Shown here piece after piece: positions 1 to 9,494 of a DNA stretch of 64,000 nt. The DNA is from a virus (taxonomy: Duplodnaviria > Caudoviricetes): the IMG/VR virus record IMGVR_UViG_2854744553_000002, positions 2,106 through 66,105 of that record, one strand, 5' to 3'. How positions within the stretch are numbered: the stretch's first letter is position 1; each line of letters opens with the position of its first letter. The position numbers and the translations under genes were made by a program. The notes under the pieces were generated by a model, which saw only the letters and a program-made list of their open reading frames with translations, did no database searches and was not told the origin of the DNA.

Positions 1-468
1 TTTGGCCCTAGTGAGAATTTCCTGCTAATAGTCGTACATCAGGATCATTATATTTCTTCTGGCATTCGGATTGAAGAACTGATATACCCAGATTTATCAA
101 AGGAAATTATTGAAAAATTTGGTCATATACCGATACCGATAAAAAACATTTACTACATCACCATAGATGATTTGGAAATGCTTGTTGCGATAGAATCACA
201 AAAGAAATATAGTATATGTGAGATTCTTAGGGATGCAGTAATTCTGGATGAAAAACCAGAAACCAGTTGCATGTTATTTAGCATGCACATTGAAAAATGT
301 GGCGGTCCTAATTTAAATAATGATATGCGAGATAGATGCAAATATGACTTTGACGAAGGCATGAATTTTATTTTGGAAAATTCGAAATATTGGAATGGGA
401 AAATCTACGAATTTATGCATCAACGAGGCAAGTTAAAATTATCAACTCATAAAAAACAGAAGATGTGA
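1..468 (+). CDS. 5'-truncated AT-rich accessory protein; C-terminus resembles GapS1-type (PD-(D/E)XK-like) anti-phage proteins
   Basis: Frame is open from base 1 (FGPSENFLLIVVHQDHYISSG...IPIKNIYYITIDDLE...DEKPETSCMLFSMHI); family resemblance is from memory only. Confidence 0.45.
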   Translation, partial: FGPSENFLLIVVHQDHYISSGIRIEELIYPDLSKEIIEKFGHIPIPIKNIYYITIDDLEMLVAIESQKKYSICEILRDAVILDEKPETSCMLFSMHIEKCGGPNLNNDMRDRCKYDFDEGMNFILENSKYWNGKIYEFMHQRGKLKLSTHKKQKM

Positions 469-581
469 TTGCGGCAAAATAATATCCGGAAAATTAAGAA
501 TATATGGCATATAATTTTTCGACATACACAAAAAAGCAGCCCTCCTAAAACAAATCAAGATCACCCATATATACGCACCAT

Positions 582-1151
582 ATGAATTTCATACAAATAT
601 TGTCGTTCTCTACTAGTGCAGCCGTAATTACATTTTTTTTGAATCAATTAGCACTTGCTTATAGAGAGCGAGGGGACAGGCATGAAAAAACCAAATATCA
701 GGGACTAATATTGTGTCTATCGCTTGAACGTTTCTCTATCGATTGTGCGGATTCAATCAGCAACCAATCTAATTATGACGCTTCACAGGGAACCGCCGGA
801 GCCCCATTCAATGCAATGCCATCACTAAAACTTCCTGAAGTTGAGTGGCGTCTATTTCCACTGAGCATTGTAAATAAGGTCCTCTCTTTCGAAAACGAAA
901 TACGAGATGCTGATGCGGCAATTTCCTTTGCCATCGAACTGGACTTGGCGAATGAAGGTACAAATGAACCAAGCGCCCAAGCGGGATTATGTGGATATAG
1001 AGCAGCCCAACTAGCGTCAAAAATTCGAAGTGACTATGACTTGGGCAAACCAGAATCCCCTCCGCACGGCTGGGATCATATTGCATTTCTAAAAAAGCGT
1101 CACGATGAAAAAATAAGGCAGTATTTGCCTATTAGAGACACCCAGCAATAA
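582..1151 (+). CDS. Accessory (moron) protein with N-terminal transmembrane segment
   Basis: 189 aa, low GC, hydrophobic N-terminus, convergent with and overlapping the end of the o-spanin gene. Confidence 0.75.
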   Translation: MNFIQILSFSTSAAVITFFLNQLALAYRERGDRHEKTKYQGLILCLSLERFSIDCADSISNQSNYDASQGTAGAPFNAMPSLKLPEVEWRLFPLSIVNKVLSFENEIRDADAAISFAIELDLANEGTNEPSAQAGLCGYRAAQLASKIRSDYDLGKPESPPHGWDHIAFLKKRHDEKIRQYLPIRDTQQ

Positions 1152-1374
1152 TCGCCTCCAGCTTCGCCTCGTACGCGCGCCCGCGCGGCCAGTCTCGCGC
1201 CAGCGCTAGGATGATCTCGCCATCTGTGGCCGCAGGGGGCAGCCTGTCGAATTCGTAGACGGGGCGCTGAGGCACCACCTTTACACATGGCGTGAAGACT
1301 GGAACTTCGACCCGCTGCGGCGCCAACGGCGCGCTACCGCAGCCGGCCAGCACCAATACAAGCATCCATTTCAT
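1132..1374 (-). CDS. o-spanin (Rz1-like lipoprotein)
   Basis: Lipobox LAGC, Pro-rich, follows the i-spanin with ATGA overlap. Confidence 0.8.
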   Translation of the reverse strand: MKWMLVLVLAGCGSAPLAPQRVEVPVFTPCVKVVPQRPVYEFDRLPPAATDGEIILALARDWPRGRAYEAKLEAIIAGCL

Positions 1375-1766
1375 CGCACGCCCTCCAGCAGCAGCCTGAC
1401 GGCCGGCATGGCCTCGTCGCAGGTTTTGGCGCGCGCGCCCGTGATCTGCACCAGGGCCGCGTCATACTTCCTACCCTTGGTAGCGGCGGCCGCCTGTGCC
1501 GCCGCGCCGCGCTCCTGTGCCTCCAGGGTTGCCTTGGCCATCCCATCGATGGCGCGGTTTTGCTCGGTGATCGACGCGCGCAGCTCAGCGCTGACGCGCT
1601 GCTCCAGCACCAGCGCAGCGCGCGCGGTGTCACGGTCGCCGGCGGCCAGCCACCAGCCGGTGCCAGTGGAGCTGGCCACCACCAGCAGCACGGCAGCCAG
1701 TGCGATAGCCGCCGCCTTCCAGATACCGCCGACAGCGCCACCCGCCAGCGTGCCCAGGGCGCTCAT
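1371..1766 (-). CDS. i-spanin (Rz-like)
   Basis: Start MSALG at 1766 overlaps the endolysin stop; N-terminal TM plus Ala-rich coiled coil. Confidence 0.8.
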   Translation of the reverse strand: MSALGTLAGGAVGGIWKAAAIALAAVLLVVASSTGTGWWLAAGDRDTARAALVLEQRVSAELRASITEQNRAIDGMAKATLEAQERGAAAQAAAATKGRKYDAALVQITGARAKTCDEAMPAVRLLLEGVR

Positions 1767-2200
1767 ACGATACCCGTCACGTAGCTGACGCCGCCGCCTG
1801 CAAACTTGGCAGTCAGCACCTGGCGCCGTGGCGCGCCGGCCGACAGCGCGATGTGAACCCACGTGCCCTCGTAGATCAGCTGGTCGAAGGCGATATCGCT
1901 TTGCCGGATCAGCAGAGCTAGCGCCTTGGGCGCCAGCTTGGTTGTGCTGATATCGGCGGCCAGGCCCAGCACGTGGGCGCTATTAGACGCGCCGCCCACG
2001 GCCTTGTTCAGCGCCGGCGAGCGGTAGCCGCTGGAAATGGCGATGGGCGCACCGACCAGCGCGCGCACTTGCTCCAGCAGCGCGGCCAAGCGCGTGAGGT
2101 TGGCGACGATGGCGGGCTCCGGCGCGTTGTCGATGCCCTTGCGGGTGGCCACCTGCGAGCCGACCAGTTCGGCAAGCGAGAAATTTTTACTCAGTTGCAT
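1763..2200 (-). CDS. Endolysin, peptidase M15 (D-Ala-D-Ala carboxypeptidase-like) family
   Basis: MQLSKNFSLAEL...SSGYRS...SAHVLGLAAD...WVH zinc-peptidase motifs. Confidence 0.9.
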   Translation of the reverse strand: MQLSKNFSLAELVGSQVATRKGIDNAPEPAIVANLTRLAALLEQVRALVGAPIAISSGYRSPALNKAVGGASNSAHVLGLAADISTTKLAPKALALLIRQSDIAFDQLIYEGTWVHIALSAGAPRRQVLTAKFAGGGVSYVTGIV

Positions 2201-2451
2201 GACGATACCTTCCAGAACGATGAGCGCCGGTCGACGCAGACTAGCGCAGCGATGCCACAATGGAGCAGCACCTCAGGCCAGGCCGGTGTCACGCCGAACA
2301 GCAGCACGGCGGCGGCACCGGCCGTGAGCGCTATCCACGTGATGCGGATAGGACTGCCCGTGCCAGGCCGCATGTGATTGAGCTCGACGAACAGCCCTCG
2401 CGCCAGCACGATGGCCGCCGCCGCCATGTCGATCGAATACAAAATGTTCAT
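2191..2451 (-). CDS. Small membrane protein, putative holin/antiholin
   Basis: 86 aa, mostly hydrophobic, between the holin-like gene and the endolysin. Confidence 0.65.
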   Translation of the reverse strand: MNILYSIDMAAAAIVLARGLFVELNHMRPGTGSPIRITWIALTAGAAAVLLFGVTPAWPEVLLHCGIAALVCVDRRSSFWKVSSCN

Positions 2452-2813
2452 GGCACGTCTCCTTTCTTGCGCAGCCAGGCGAATGCGGCCGGGATGATGA
2501 CCTGGGCGCACAGGCCCAGGCCGGCTGCGGCTGCGATGCGAATACCCGATTCGCCGGCGCTCGACAGGAATGGGAAATAATTGGCTGCAGTGACGCTGGC
2601 CACCGGCGCGAACCAGCCGGCGATCAGCGAGGAGCCGATCACGCTGCCGGCGATCTGCGGTCCGCGCATGGGCGGCAGGTAGGACAGCGAGACTAGACCG
2701 CCAGCCAGGCCGGCCAGCAGCGCGTCATACTGCACGCCCAGGATGGACCCGGTCAGGGTGATGGTGCCGGCAGCGATTGCGATGCCGACGGTGCTGCTTG
2801 CAGGTTCAGCCAT
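2448..2813 (-). CDS. Putative holin
   Basis: 121 aa, several TM segments, basic C-terminus, first gene of the lysis cassette. Confidence 0.7.
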   Translation of the reverse strand: MAEPASSTVGIAIAAGTITLTGSILGVQYDALLAGLAGGLVSLSYLPPMRGPQIAGSVIGSSLIAGWFAPVASVTAANYFPFLSSAGESGIRIAAAAGLGLCAQVIIPAAFAWLRKKGDVP

Positions 2814-2937
2814 ATTGGCCTTTCGGGTTGGGTATGTGGGTGGATTGCTCTAGAGCAGCGGCTAGCGCTGACATTACGAGCATGGCTGTCTCATTTCTAG
2901 GGAAAGGTGAGACAGTATTTTTCTGATGGTGGAAATG

Positions 2938-2960
2938 AAAAAACCCGCCGAAGCGGGTTT
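2938..2960 (-). terminator. Intrinsic terminator after the tail genes
   Basis: AAACCCGC-TTCG-GCGGGTTTTTT on the minus strand. Confidence 0.85.
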
Positions 2961-2984
2961 GTGGTGATGCAAGCGGTACAGCGG

Positions 2985-5054
2985 TTAAAGCTCCTCGATC
3001 TCCAGCGGCATAGCGTAGTTTTCGTAGTACGGAATGCTCATCGCCGAGACCGACGACAGCTTGCCGAAGATGGTGTGGTCACGTTCCAGCTCCAGGTCGG
3101 CCGATTCAGGAAACAGGCTGACCAGCATGGCGCCGGACATGCCATTTCGACGCACGATGCCGAGCAGCGCCGTGCGGTCGGCCGCCGGAAGCGCGCTCAG
3201 CTGCAAGGGCATCTTGCGCGCACGCGTGCCGACGTCGGTCCACAAATCGCCAGCGTCGGTCCGGGCATGGGTGCTGGCGTCCATGATCGTCACCGATGCG
3301 CCATAGTCCGGGTTATTGGCGGGCGACCAGTACGCACCCGCCACCAAGCGACTAGCCTCGACATACCCTTGCAGGCTGGCTGGGTCCTTGATGTCAATCA
3401 CCACGGCCAGCGCCATCGTCTGCGCCGGTAGCCAGTGGCGCGCATAGGCGCCGCCGCCATTGGCGTAAGCGCTGGCTGCCTGCAGCGGTGTGAAGCCATC
3501 GACCACCACCACAGCGGCTGGGCACGCTGGCACCACGCCGCTGTCGTAATCGTAGGACTGCCACGTGTCGATGTAGCCAGCCGGCCGGGTGGCAAGGGCG
3601 GAAGTTGCAATATCGGCAGCGCGCGTGGCTCCGGCAGCGGCGGAAGTTGTTGGAATGTAAGACGATGGGTATGCGCCGAGCTCCAGCTGGTATCCAGTGA
3701 CGCGGAAGCCGCGTACGCTCTGTGTCGTGTATTTGACGACGCCATTATTCGCGGCGCCAGGGGTAGTGGCAGTAACGGCACGGGAAACCCGATAAAGCCC
3801 GCTGCCGACGTGCGCAATGTTCGCAGTGATGAAGACGTTGCCCTCGAATACAAAGCTGAAGTCGCCGTTGCTGTTCTGGTTTCCAATCACCGGCACGCCC
3901 CCGTCGTCCATCGCAATGAAAACCGACAGCGTGTAGACCGAGCCAACCGTCGTGCCGGCGCCAAGGCCGCTATTTCGATACGAATAGCGCGCCAAACTAT
4001 TGTCGCCAAACTGAATCGTGTTGGAGAATCCTGGGATATTGACTGCGGCGGTTGATGTGTTGCTGCCTGTGACCTGCGCTGCTGTACCTTCCGAATACGG
4101 GAAAATGTTTGTCGCCACCGGCTCCATCAGCAGGAACGGTGGCGCTGACAGATTCAACGGGTTGTATTGCATCCTCGCCACATTGGCTGCTGCGGTCTGC
4201 ATCAGGCCGTTGTTGCCAATAAATGTGCCCGTCGACGTGCGTCCCGTGAAATTCACCGTCGCTGGATAATAAGAGGACAGGCTTCCGGCCTCGACCTGTG
4301 CATGCGTGACATAGACCCCGCTTACTCCGTCCCCCTGGTAGGTCACCGTGTTCGTTCCCGTCACAGTATCGAGCGCGAGATACCAGGTGCCATCCACCGA
4401 TGTGACCAGGTCAATCGCGCAGCGATACCATCCGTCGCCCAGTGGCACGATGCTCGCCAGGGCGCCCGTCATCCCTCCGTAATGAGAAACGGCACTAACC
4501 GTACCTGCCAAAAGGTCAAAGATCGCGGAGGCGCCAACCGCATATCCTCCAGTGATCTGCCCCAGGCGCACCTTGCTACGTCCGGCAGCCTTGACGCAGA
4601 TTGATACCGTCGTCCGGCGCGCCGCAACTGCGGCGAACGGCCGATACAGCTCATGCAGGGTATTGCCTGTGCCTTCCACAACCTTAGCTGCACCTGTGCT
4701 GCCCTCTGGTGTACCGGCAATATTGGAAACGATGGACACGCCCGATATTTGCCAAAACGCAGGGTTCATGAAATGGTCGGAGAATGTCAGCTGGTTCTGG
4801 ACTGCCGGCTCATTCGACACGCGCACGCGCATCGTCGCCGTCGGCGACAGGTTGCAGAATGGCAGGAACACCCCGCCGATGCGCTCGGGCGCGGCCCAGG
4901 TGGCGCCCAGGCGCGCCGTGGTACCGGTGGCGCGCCAGGGGCGGCCCTTGCGGTTGTTTTGCAGGTTGGTCACGCCCAGCGTACCGGCAGTGGTGCTGGC
5001 CGTCAGTGTTGCGCGGTCGGCCGCGTTGTCATAGATGATGCGTAGGTTGGCCAT
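2985..5054 (-). CDS. Tail (distal-tail-like) protein with a large internal beta-rich, carbohydrate-binding-like insertion
   Basis: Termini MANLRIIYDNAADRA and YWSPANNPDYG...MPLEIEEL flank about 400 aa containing two QVEAG/QLELG-x-SSY modules. Confidence 0.7.
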   Translation of the reverse strand: MANLRIIYDNAADRATLTASTTAGTLGVTNLQNNRKGRPWRATGTTARLGATWAAPERIGGVFLPFCNLSPTATMRVRVSNEPAVQNQLTFSDHFMNPAFWQISGVSIVSNIAGTPEGSTGAAKVVEGTGNTLHELYRPFAAVAARRTTVSICVKAAGRSKVRLGQITGGYAVGASAIFDLLAGTVSAVSHYGGMTGALASIVPLGDGWYRCAIDLVTSVDGTWYLALDTVTGTNTVTYQGDGVSGVYVTHAQVEAGSLSSYYPATVNFTGRTSTGTFIGNNGLMQTAAANVARMQYNPLNLSAPPFLLMEPVATNIFPYSEGTAAQVTGSNTSTAAVNIPGFSNTIQFGDNSLARYSYRNSGLGAGTTVGSVYTLSVFIAMDDGGVPVIGNQNSNGDFSFVFEGNVFITANIAHVGSGLYRVSRAVTATTPGAANNGVVKYTTQSVRGFRVTGYQLELGAYPSSYIPTTSAAAGATRAADIATSALATRPAGYIDTWQSYDYDSGVVPACPAAVVVVDGFTPLQAASAYANGGGAYARHWLPAQTMALAVVIDIKDPASLQGYVEASRLVAGAYWSPANNPDYGASVTIMDASTHARTDAGDLWTDVGTRARKMPLQLSALPAADRTALLGIVRRNGMSGAMLVSLFPESADLELERDHTIFGKLSSVSAMSIPYYENYAMPLEIEEL

Positions 5055-5061
5055 GCAATTC

Positions 5062-8028
5062 CTATTCGGTTGTCACAATCGTCAGGCGCTGAGAAACATC
5101 GCCACCTGCAAAACCAGTTCCTCCAGCAATTTTTCGCGTAGGGACCAGTTCTTGATAGGTCAAGGCTGATACCAGCCTATAAGTGCGAGGGGCGGTACTA
5201 GAGACCGGATCAACAAATGTGAACGAGCCATTTACCGCAATGGTTCCAGACGAAAGCTCATCTGTTGTATTGTAGTTGTCGAAATAGCTATAGCCGCCAG
5301 CGTAGAAGGTATGAATCTGCACCTCAGGATCATTTCCCAATTTCCGAAACAAAGTGAAGCTGCACGAAGTAGTCCCGGCGCCGGCGCTGTAGTTATGGTT
5401 GTACGATCTCTCTTGAGAGGAAAATGCGATACTGCCGATTACCGTAATAGCACCTCCGTTACTCCCAAACGGGCCTGATACGACTTGCTGGCTCGGCCCA
5501 ACCGAAGGATTTGTAACGGCGGTGCGCAACGTGCCTGCCGAAAGTGAACCGCCAAAATAGCCCGCGCCCGATTTCTTCAGGTAAAAAATGGCGTTCGTAT
5601 CGGTTTTGGTACCCGATCCGGCCCACATGGCATATACAGGATCATCCGGCCCCATCTCAATGCGAAAGCCTGGGGCTGTGCCAGAGACGAAGTTGCCCGA
5701 AAAGGTAGCCCGTCCACCTTCTATTTTCAATCCTGGCATAGCCACAAAGCCATCACTGCGCATCTCAATATATTTCCCAAGGGAATAGTTCCCGAGTAAC
5801 AAGCCTGCGGAACTCAAATGAAAGCCCAGGCCGCCGTTGCTCGGGAACTTATACGCATTGGTTGGATACCCCTCGCCTCCATGCAGCGTCGTTCCGTACA
5901 AATCGCCGGCCCTCACATTCCCTAGAATCGCGGTGATTGCCGCCAAGTTGTCGACTGCCAACGCCCCCGCAGCCACCGTGCCGGGTACCAGCAGGTTGCC
6001 ATTCAGCACCATGCCGGCCTCCAGCCAAGCGCCATCGACAAAGAACTTCGTCACCGCATGCGTGGCGTCGTACAAGGTCACCACGTCGCGGTTAATCGGA
6101 GCGCCATAGCCTGCGTGGCCCAGTTCATACACGGCCGAGTCATCCGACCAGGTGGAATAGCCGGGCGCCGTCACCGTCACGGTGCCGCGCTGGCCGGATG
6201 GACCGGCCACGCCCTGGCCGCCGCGAAACTTCGACCAGGCGTAGTCCGCCTTGTTGGTGCTGGGGACAGCACTGATTTTGTTGACGGCCAGGCCCAAGTA
6301 CATGGTGCTGTCGCGCGGCGAGTCGTACAGACCGGTGCCATCGGCATTGTCCGCGTACTTAATCCAGGTGTAGGTAGTCTTGCCGTCCACTCCAGGGTCA
6401 CCCTTCGCCCCGGCGCCGCCCTTGATCAAGGACCAGGCATAATCTGCCGGGTTGTCGCCCTCGACCGCCGTAGCCTTGTTATAGGCCAGGCCGATGTAAC
6501 TCATGCCCACGGGCGAATCGGAGAATCCACCGCCTGCAGCGGTATCGCCATACTTCACCCAAGTGTAGGTCGTCACGCCATCGGCTGCCAGGCGCGCAGC
6601 GGCCGTCCATTCGCCAGGGGCGATGTCGTCGGTCGCCGTGCGCGACGCTGCTGTGGCGCCCGAGGTGAACAGGTATGCGCCGCCCGCCGTCGGCACCTGC
6701 GTCGACCAACCGTTGTTCAGGCCGGCAAGCGCGCCCGTGGAAAAGGTGAACGTGCATGCCGCGCTCGGCAGCTCCGGCGCGATGCTGGTCGCGCCGCGCT
6801 GGTAGATGCGCACCGGCGCCACATTCAGGCCATCCAGACCAACTGCACCGTCGGCCGCCATGCGTGTCGCCGCAGCCCATTCTGCCGCTGGGATGTCATC
6901 CGTAGCGGCAATTGACGCGGCCGTGGCGCCCGAAGTGAAGAGGTAGGCGCCGCCTGCGGTCGGCACCTGCGTCGACCAGCCATTGCTCAGGCCCGTCAGC
7001 ACGCCCGTGGCGAAAGTGAACGTACAGGCCGCGCTCGGCAGCTCCGGCGCCACATTGACGGCGGCACGCTGATAGATACGCACGGGCGCCACGTTCACAC
7101 CGTTCTGGCCAGGCGTGCCATCCTGGGCCAGCAGCACGGCGGCCGTCCATTCGTTGGCGGCGATGGCATCGGTGGCGCTGCGCGAGCTGGCCGCTGCCAC
7201 ACGCACGTACAGCGGCGCCGTGCCGGCCGGGATGGTCTTGGTCCAGCCATTGGCCAGGTCGTTGTCGACCGGCGTGGTGATGGCTGCACTGGAGAACGTG
7301 TAGACCACCTCGCCGGGCGAGTCGACGGGCGCGGATGCCGCCCGCTTATAAGCGAAGGCCTGTGCCGTGTTCGTGCCATCAGCACCGGTGGCGCCGTCCC
7401 TGACCAGCAGCACGGCCGACGACCACTCGTTGGCGACAATATTGTCCGTGGCATTGCGCGAGCTGGCAGCGGCCACGCGCACGTACAAGGGCGCCGAACC
7501 AGCCGGGATATTCTTTGACCAGCCATTCGCCAGGTCGTTGCCGGCAGGCGTCGTGATGCTGCCCGTGGCAAAAGTAAAGATCACGTCACCCGGCGAATCA
7601 GTAGGGGCGGCCGCCGCGCGCTTGTAGGCGAAGGCCTGGCCCGTGTTCAAGCCGGCCAGGCCGGTGTCACCCCTGACGCCGTCGAAGACCTTACTGATGA
7701 TGTAATTGGCAATATAGTCGACGTCGAATTCGCGGATGCGCGCCTGCACCGTGACCGTGTCGGTGGTCATACCCGCAAAGTTGACCGTGGCCACGTTGCC
7801 GTCAATTACCAGCGTCGTGCCGGCCGACACCGTAAAGACGATATCGCCCACCACATTCACGGGCTTGGCCGTGATGGCAATCGAAGCGGGCGACCCGGCG
7901 CCGCTGCTGTCGACGCGAAACACGGGCGTGGCGCCGGACATCAGGATGGCCTTGCCGTCGGCGGTGCTACTGAAACGCTCAGCCGACGCCTGCAGGCGCT
8001 TGTCACGCGTCCCCACGATGGCGCTCAT
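5062..8028 (-). CDS. Tail fibre / host-specificity protein
   Basis: Start MSAIVG overlaps the upstream stop; tandem ~90-aa repeats, YTWxKY repeats, short GXX linkers, lower-GC C-terminus. Confidence 0.8.
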   Translation of the reverse strand: MSAIVGTRDKRLQASAERFSSTADGKAILMSGATPVFRVDSSGAGSPASIAITAKPVNVVGDIVFTVSAGTTLVIDGNVATVNFAGMTTDTVTVQARIREFDVDYIANYIISKVFDGVRGDTGLAGLNTGQAFAYKRAAAAPTDSPGDVIFTFATGSITTPAGNDLANGWSKNIPAGSAPLYVRVAAASSRNATDNIVANEWSSAVLLVRDGATGADGTNTAQAFAYKRAASAPVDSPGEVVYTFSSAAITTPVDNDLANGWTKTIPAGTAPLYVRVAAASSRSATDAIAANEWTAAVLLAQDGTPGQNGVNVAPVRIYQRAAVNVAPELPSAACTFTFATGVLTGLSNGWSTQVPTAGGAYLFTSGATAASIAATDDIPAAEWAAATRMAADGAVGLDGLNVAPVRIYQRGATSIAPELPSAACTFTFSTGALAGLNNGWSTQVPTAGGAYLFTSGATAASRTATDDIAPGEWTAAARLAADGVTTYTWVKYGDTAAGGGFSDSPVGMSYIGLAYNKATAVEGDNPADYAWSLIKGGAGAKGDPGVDGKTTYTWIKYADNADGTGLYDSPRDSTMYLGLAVNKISAVPSTNKADYAWSKFRGGQGVAGPSGQRGTVTVTAPGYSTWSDDSAVYELGHAGYGAPINRDVVTLYDATHAVTKFFVDGAWLEAGMVLNGNLLVPGTVAAGALAVDNLAAITAILGNVRAGDLYGTTLHGGEGYPTNAYKFPSNGGLGFHLSSAGLLLGNYSLGKYIEMRSDGFVAMPGLKIEGGRATFSGNFVSGTAPGFRIEMGPDDPVYAMWAGSGTKTDTNAIFYLKKSGAGYFGGSLSAGTLRTAVTNPSVGPSQQVVSGPFGSNGGAITVIGSIAFSSQERSYNHNYSAGAGTTSCSFTLFRKLGNDPEVQIHTFYAGGYSYFDNYNTTDELSSGTIAVNGSFTFVDPVSSTAPRTYRLVSALTYQELVPTRKIAGGTGFAGGDVSQRLTIVTTE
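6240..7650 (-). repeat. Tandem domain repeats within the tail fibre gene
   Basis: NTxQAFAYKR units at 7647 and 7371, NVAPVRIYQR units at 7095 and 6825 (276/276/270 nt spacing), then two YTWxKYxD units. Confidence 0.9.
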
Positions 8029-9494
8029 ACCAGCACTCCCACCGTCACACGGCAATCGAGCCACCGGCGCGAAAGCAGCACGACCACGCCTGCCACACCA
8101 TTCTGCAGGCCGTAGCGCCGATTGCGCAGCACCACAGCTTGTCCCAGTTCCAGCATCATCATCTCGGGCGTTCCTTCAAATTCGTAAGTGGTGCGCTGCA
8201 CCTTGTTCAGCGCCAGGCGCCGGGCCGCTTCCGCCGCCGCATCCGTCTCGTCCTTGAGGTAGGTTTCGATCTGTGGCGGGTCATCGGTCAAGCGGTAGCG
8301 CGTGCGTACCGTCTCGTCGACCGCCGTGACCGTCAGCCATTCCGTGGCATACATGTCGGCATGCTCGGCCGGAATACTGGTGTTCAGGCTGGGCTGCAGC
8401 GTGTAGTTCCGGTCATAGGCGATTTTGACGGCCGCCACCACAGGTAGGCGCGCGGCCTGGCGCAGCGAGCCCTGGATCATCTGCGCGGGGCCGATTTCAA
8501 CCGGTACACCAGCAGCCGGCAACGCGATCTGCACCAGGCGCAGCTGGCCAGTGCTCGACATGACCGCCTGCGCGCCGACACTCGCCGCCAGTTGCTGGAT
8601 GGCCTGCGCCTGGTTCATCCGGTCCGCCACGTACAGACCGACCGGCTGCTGGTGGGCGGCATCGAAGGCCGCCAGGTTGGCTAGGTCAAGGTCGGCCAGC
8701 GTGAAGCGGTCAGCCACCTTGCCGTAGGCAGTGGCGATGCGCTGCACCAGTGGCGCGATGCGCGGCGCGTAGCCGCCGCCCTTGTCGCCCTGCACGCTGA
8801 CCGTGATCGCTGCCGAATAGGGTGGCGTGGTCAGGTTAAAGCGCCCGGCTTGGTCGTTCAAGGCCACGGCAATCGGCTTGCCATTGGTGCGCACCTCGAA
8901 GCTCGACTCGACGACACCAAGGAATCCGTATTCCAGCGTGGCCGGGTTGGTCAGCAAGGGCGTGACGTTGTGGCATTCGCCAAACGGTACCGGCAAGGTC
9001 ACATCCTTGTTGGGCGTCGTGCCACCCAGCTTGGCCTCGGTAATCGGCGTGTCCAGGCGCCCCATCTTGTCGCGCAACGCCAGGTTGATCGATTCGGGTC
9101 CGGCACTGCTGGCATCGGCGACCAGGCCATCGAAGACCAGGCGGAAGTCCGCACGCGGCCAGCGAAGGTCGCCGAACCAGACCTTGATCGGCCGATTGCG
9201 CCAGACGTCGGCCAGCCAGCCGTCGAGCGAGCCATCGGTATTGGCCAACTCGATATCACCACTCGATAGACCCGCATCGCTCGTCAGACTGATCTGTTCC
9301 GTAAAGGCTAGGCCACCCGTGACCAGCGCCAGATACGCCGTGTTGGGCGGCACTTCCAGCGGACCGGTGACATACGAACGGGATGCGATGTACCGAGTCA
9401 CCTCCTCACCAGCCACGCTCACCTGCACCTCGACCAGCGCCGTGCGATGGACTGTATCGTCCTTCAGCCATTCTAAAAAATGTGCATCGGTCAT
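8025..9494 (-). CDS. Tail tip / hub protein
   Basis: 489 aa directly downstream of the tape measure gene, coupled by ATGA overlaps; PVPFGECHNVTP motif. Confidence 0.7.
   Translation of the reverse strand: MTDAHFLEWLKDDTVHRTALVEVQVSVAGEEVTRYIASRSYVTGPLEVPPNTAYLALVTGGLAFTEQISLTSDAGLSSGDIELANTDGSLDGWLADVWRNRPIKVWFGDLRWPRADFRLVFDGLVADASSAGPESINLALRDKMGRLDTPITEAKLGGTTPNKDVTLPVPFGECHNVTPLLTNPATLEYGFLGVVESSFEVRTNGKPIAVALNDQAGRFNLTTPPYSAAITVSVQGDKGGGYAPRIAPLVQRIATAYGKVADRFTLADLDLANLAAFDAAHQQPVGLYVADRMNQAQAIQQLAASVGAQAVMSSTGQLRLVQIALPAAGVPVEIGPAQMIQGSLRQAARLPVVAAVKIAYDRNYTLQPSLNTSIPAEHADMYATEWLTVTAVDETVRTRYRLTDDPPQIETYLKDETDAAAEAARRLALNKVQRTTYEFEGTPEMMMLELGQAVVLRNRRYGLQNGVAGVVVLLSRRWLDCRVTVGVLV

Noticed and set aside
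2985-8028. Diversity-generating retroelement or invertible tail-fibre switch
   Set aside because: No reverse transcriptase or invertase in the window; the repeats are in-frame domain duplications and I saw no adenine-specific TR/VR pair.
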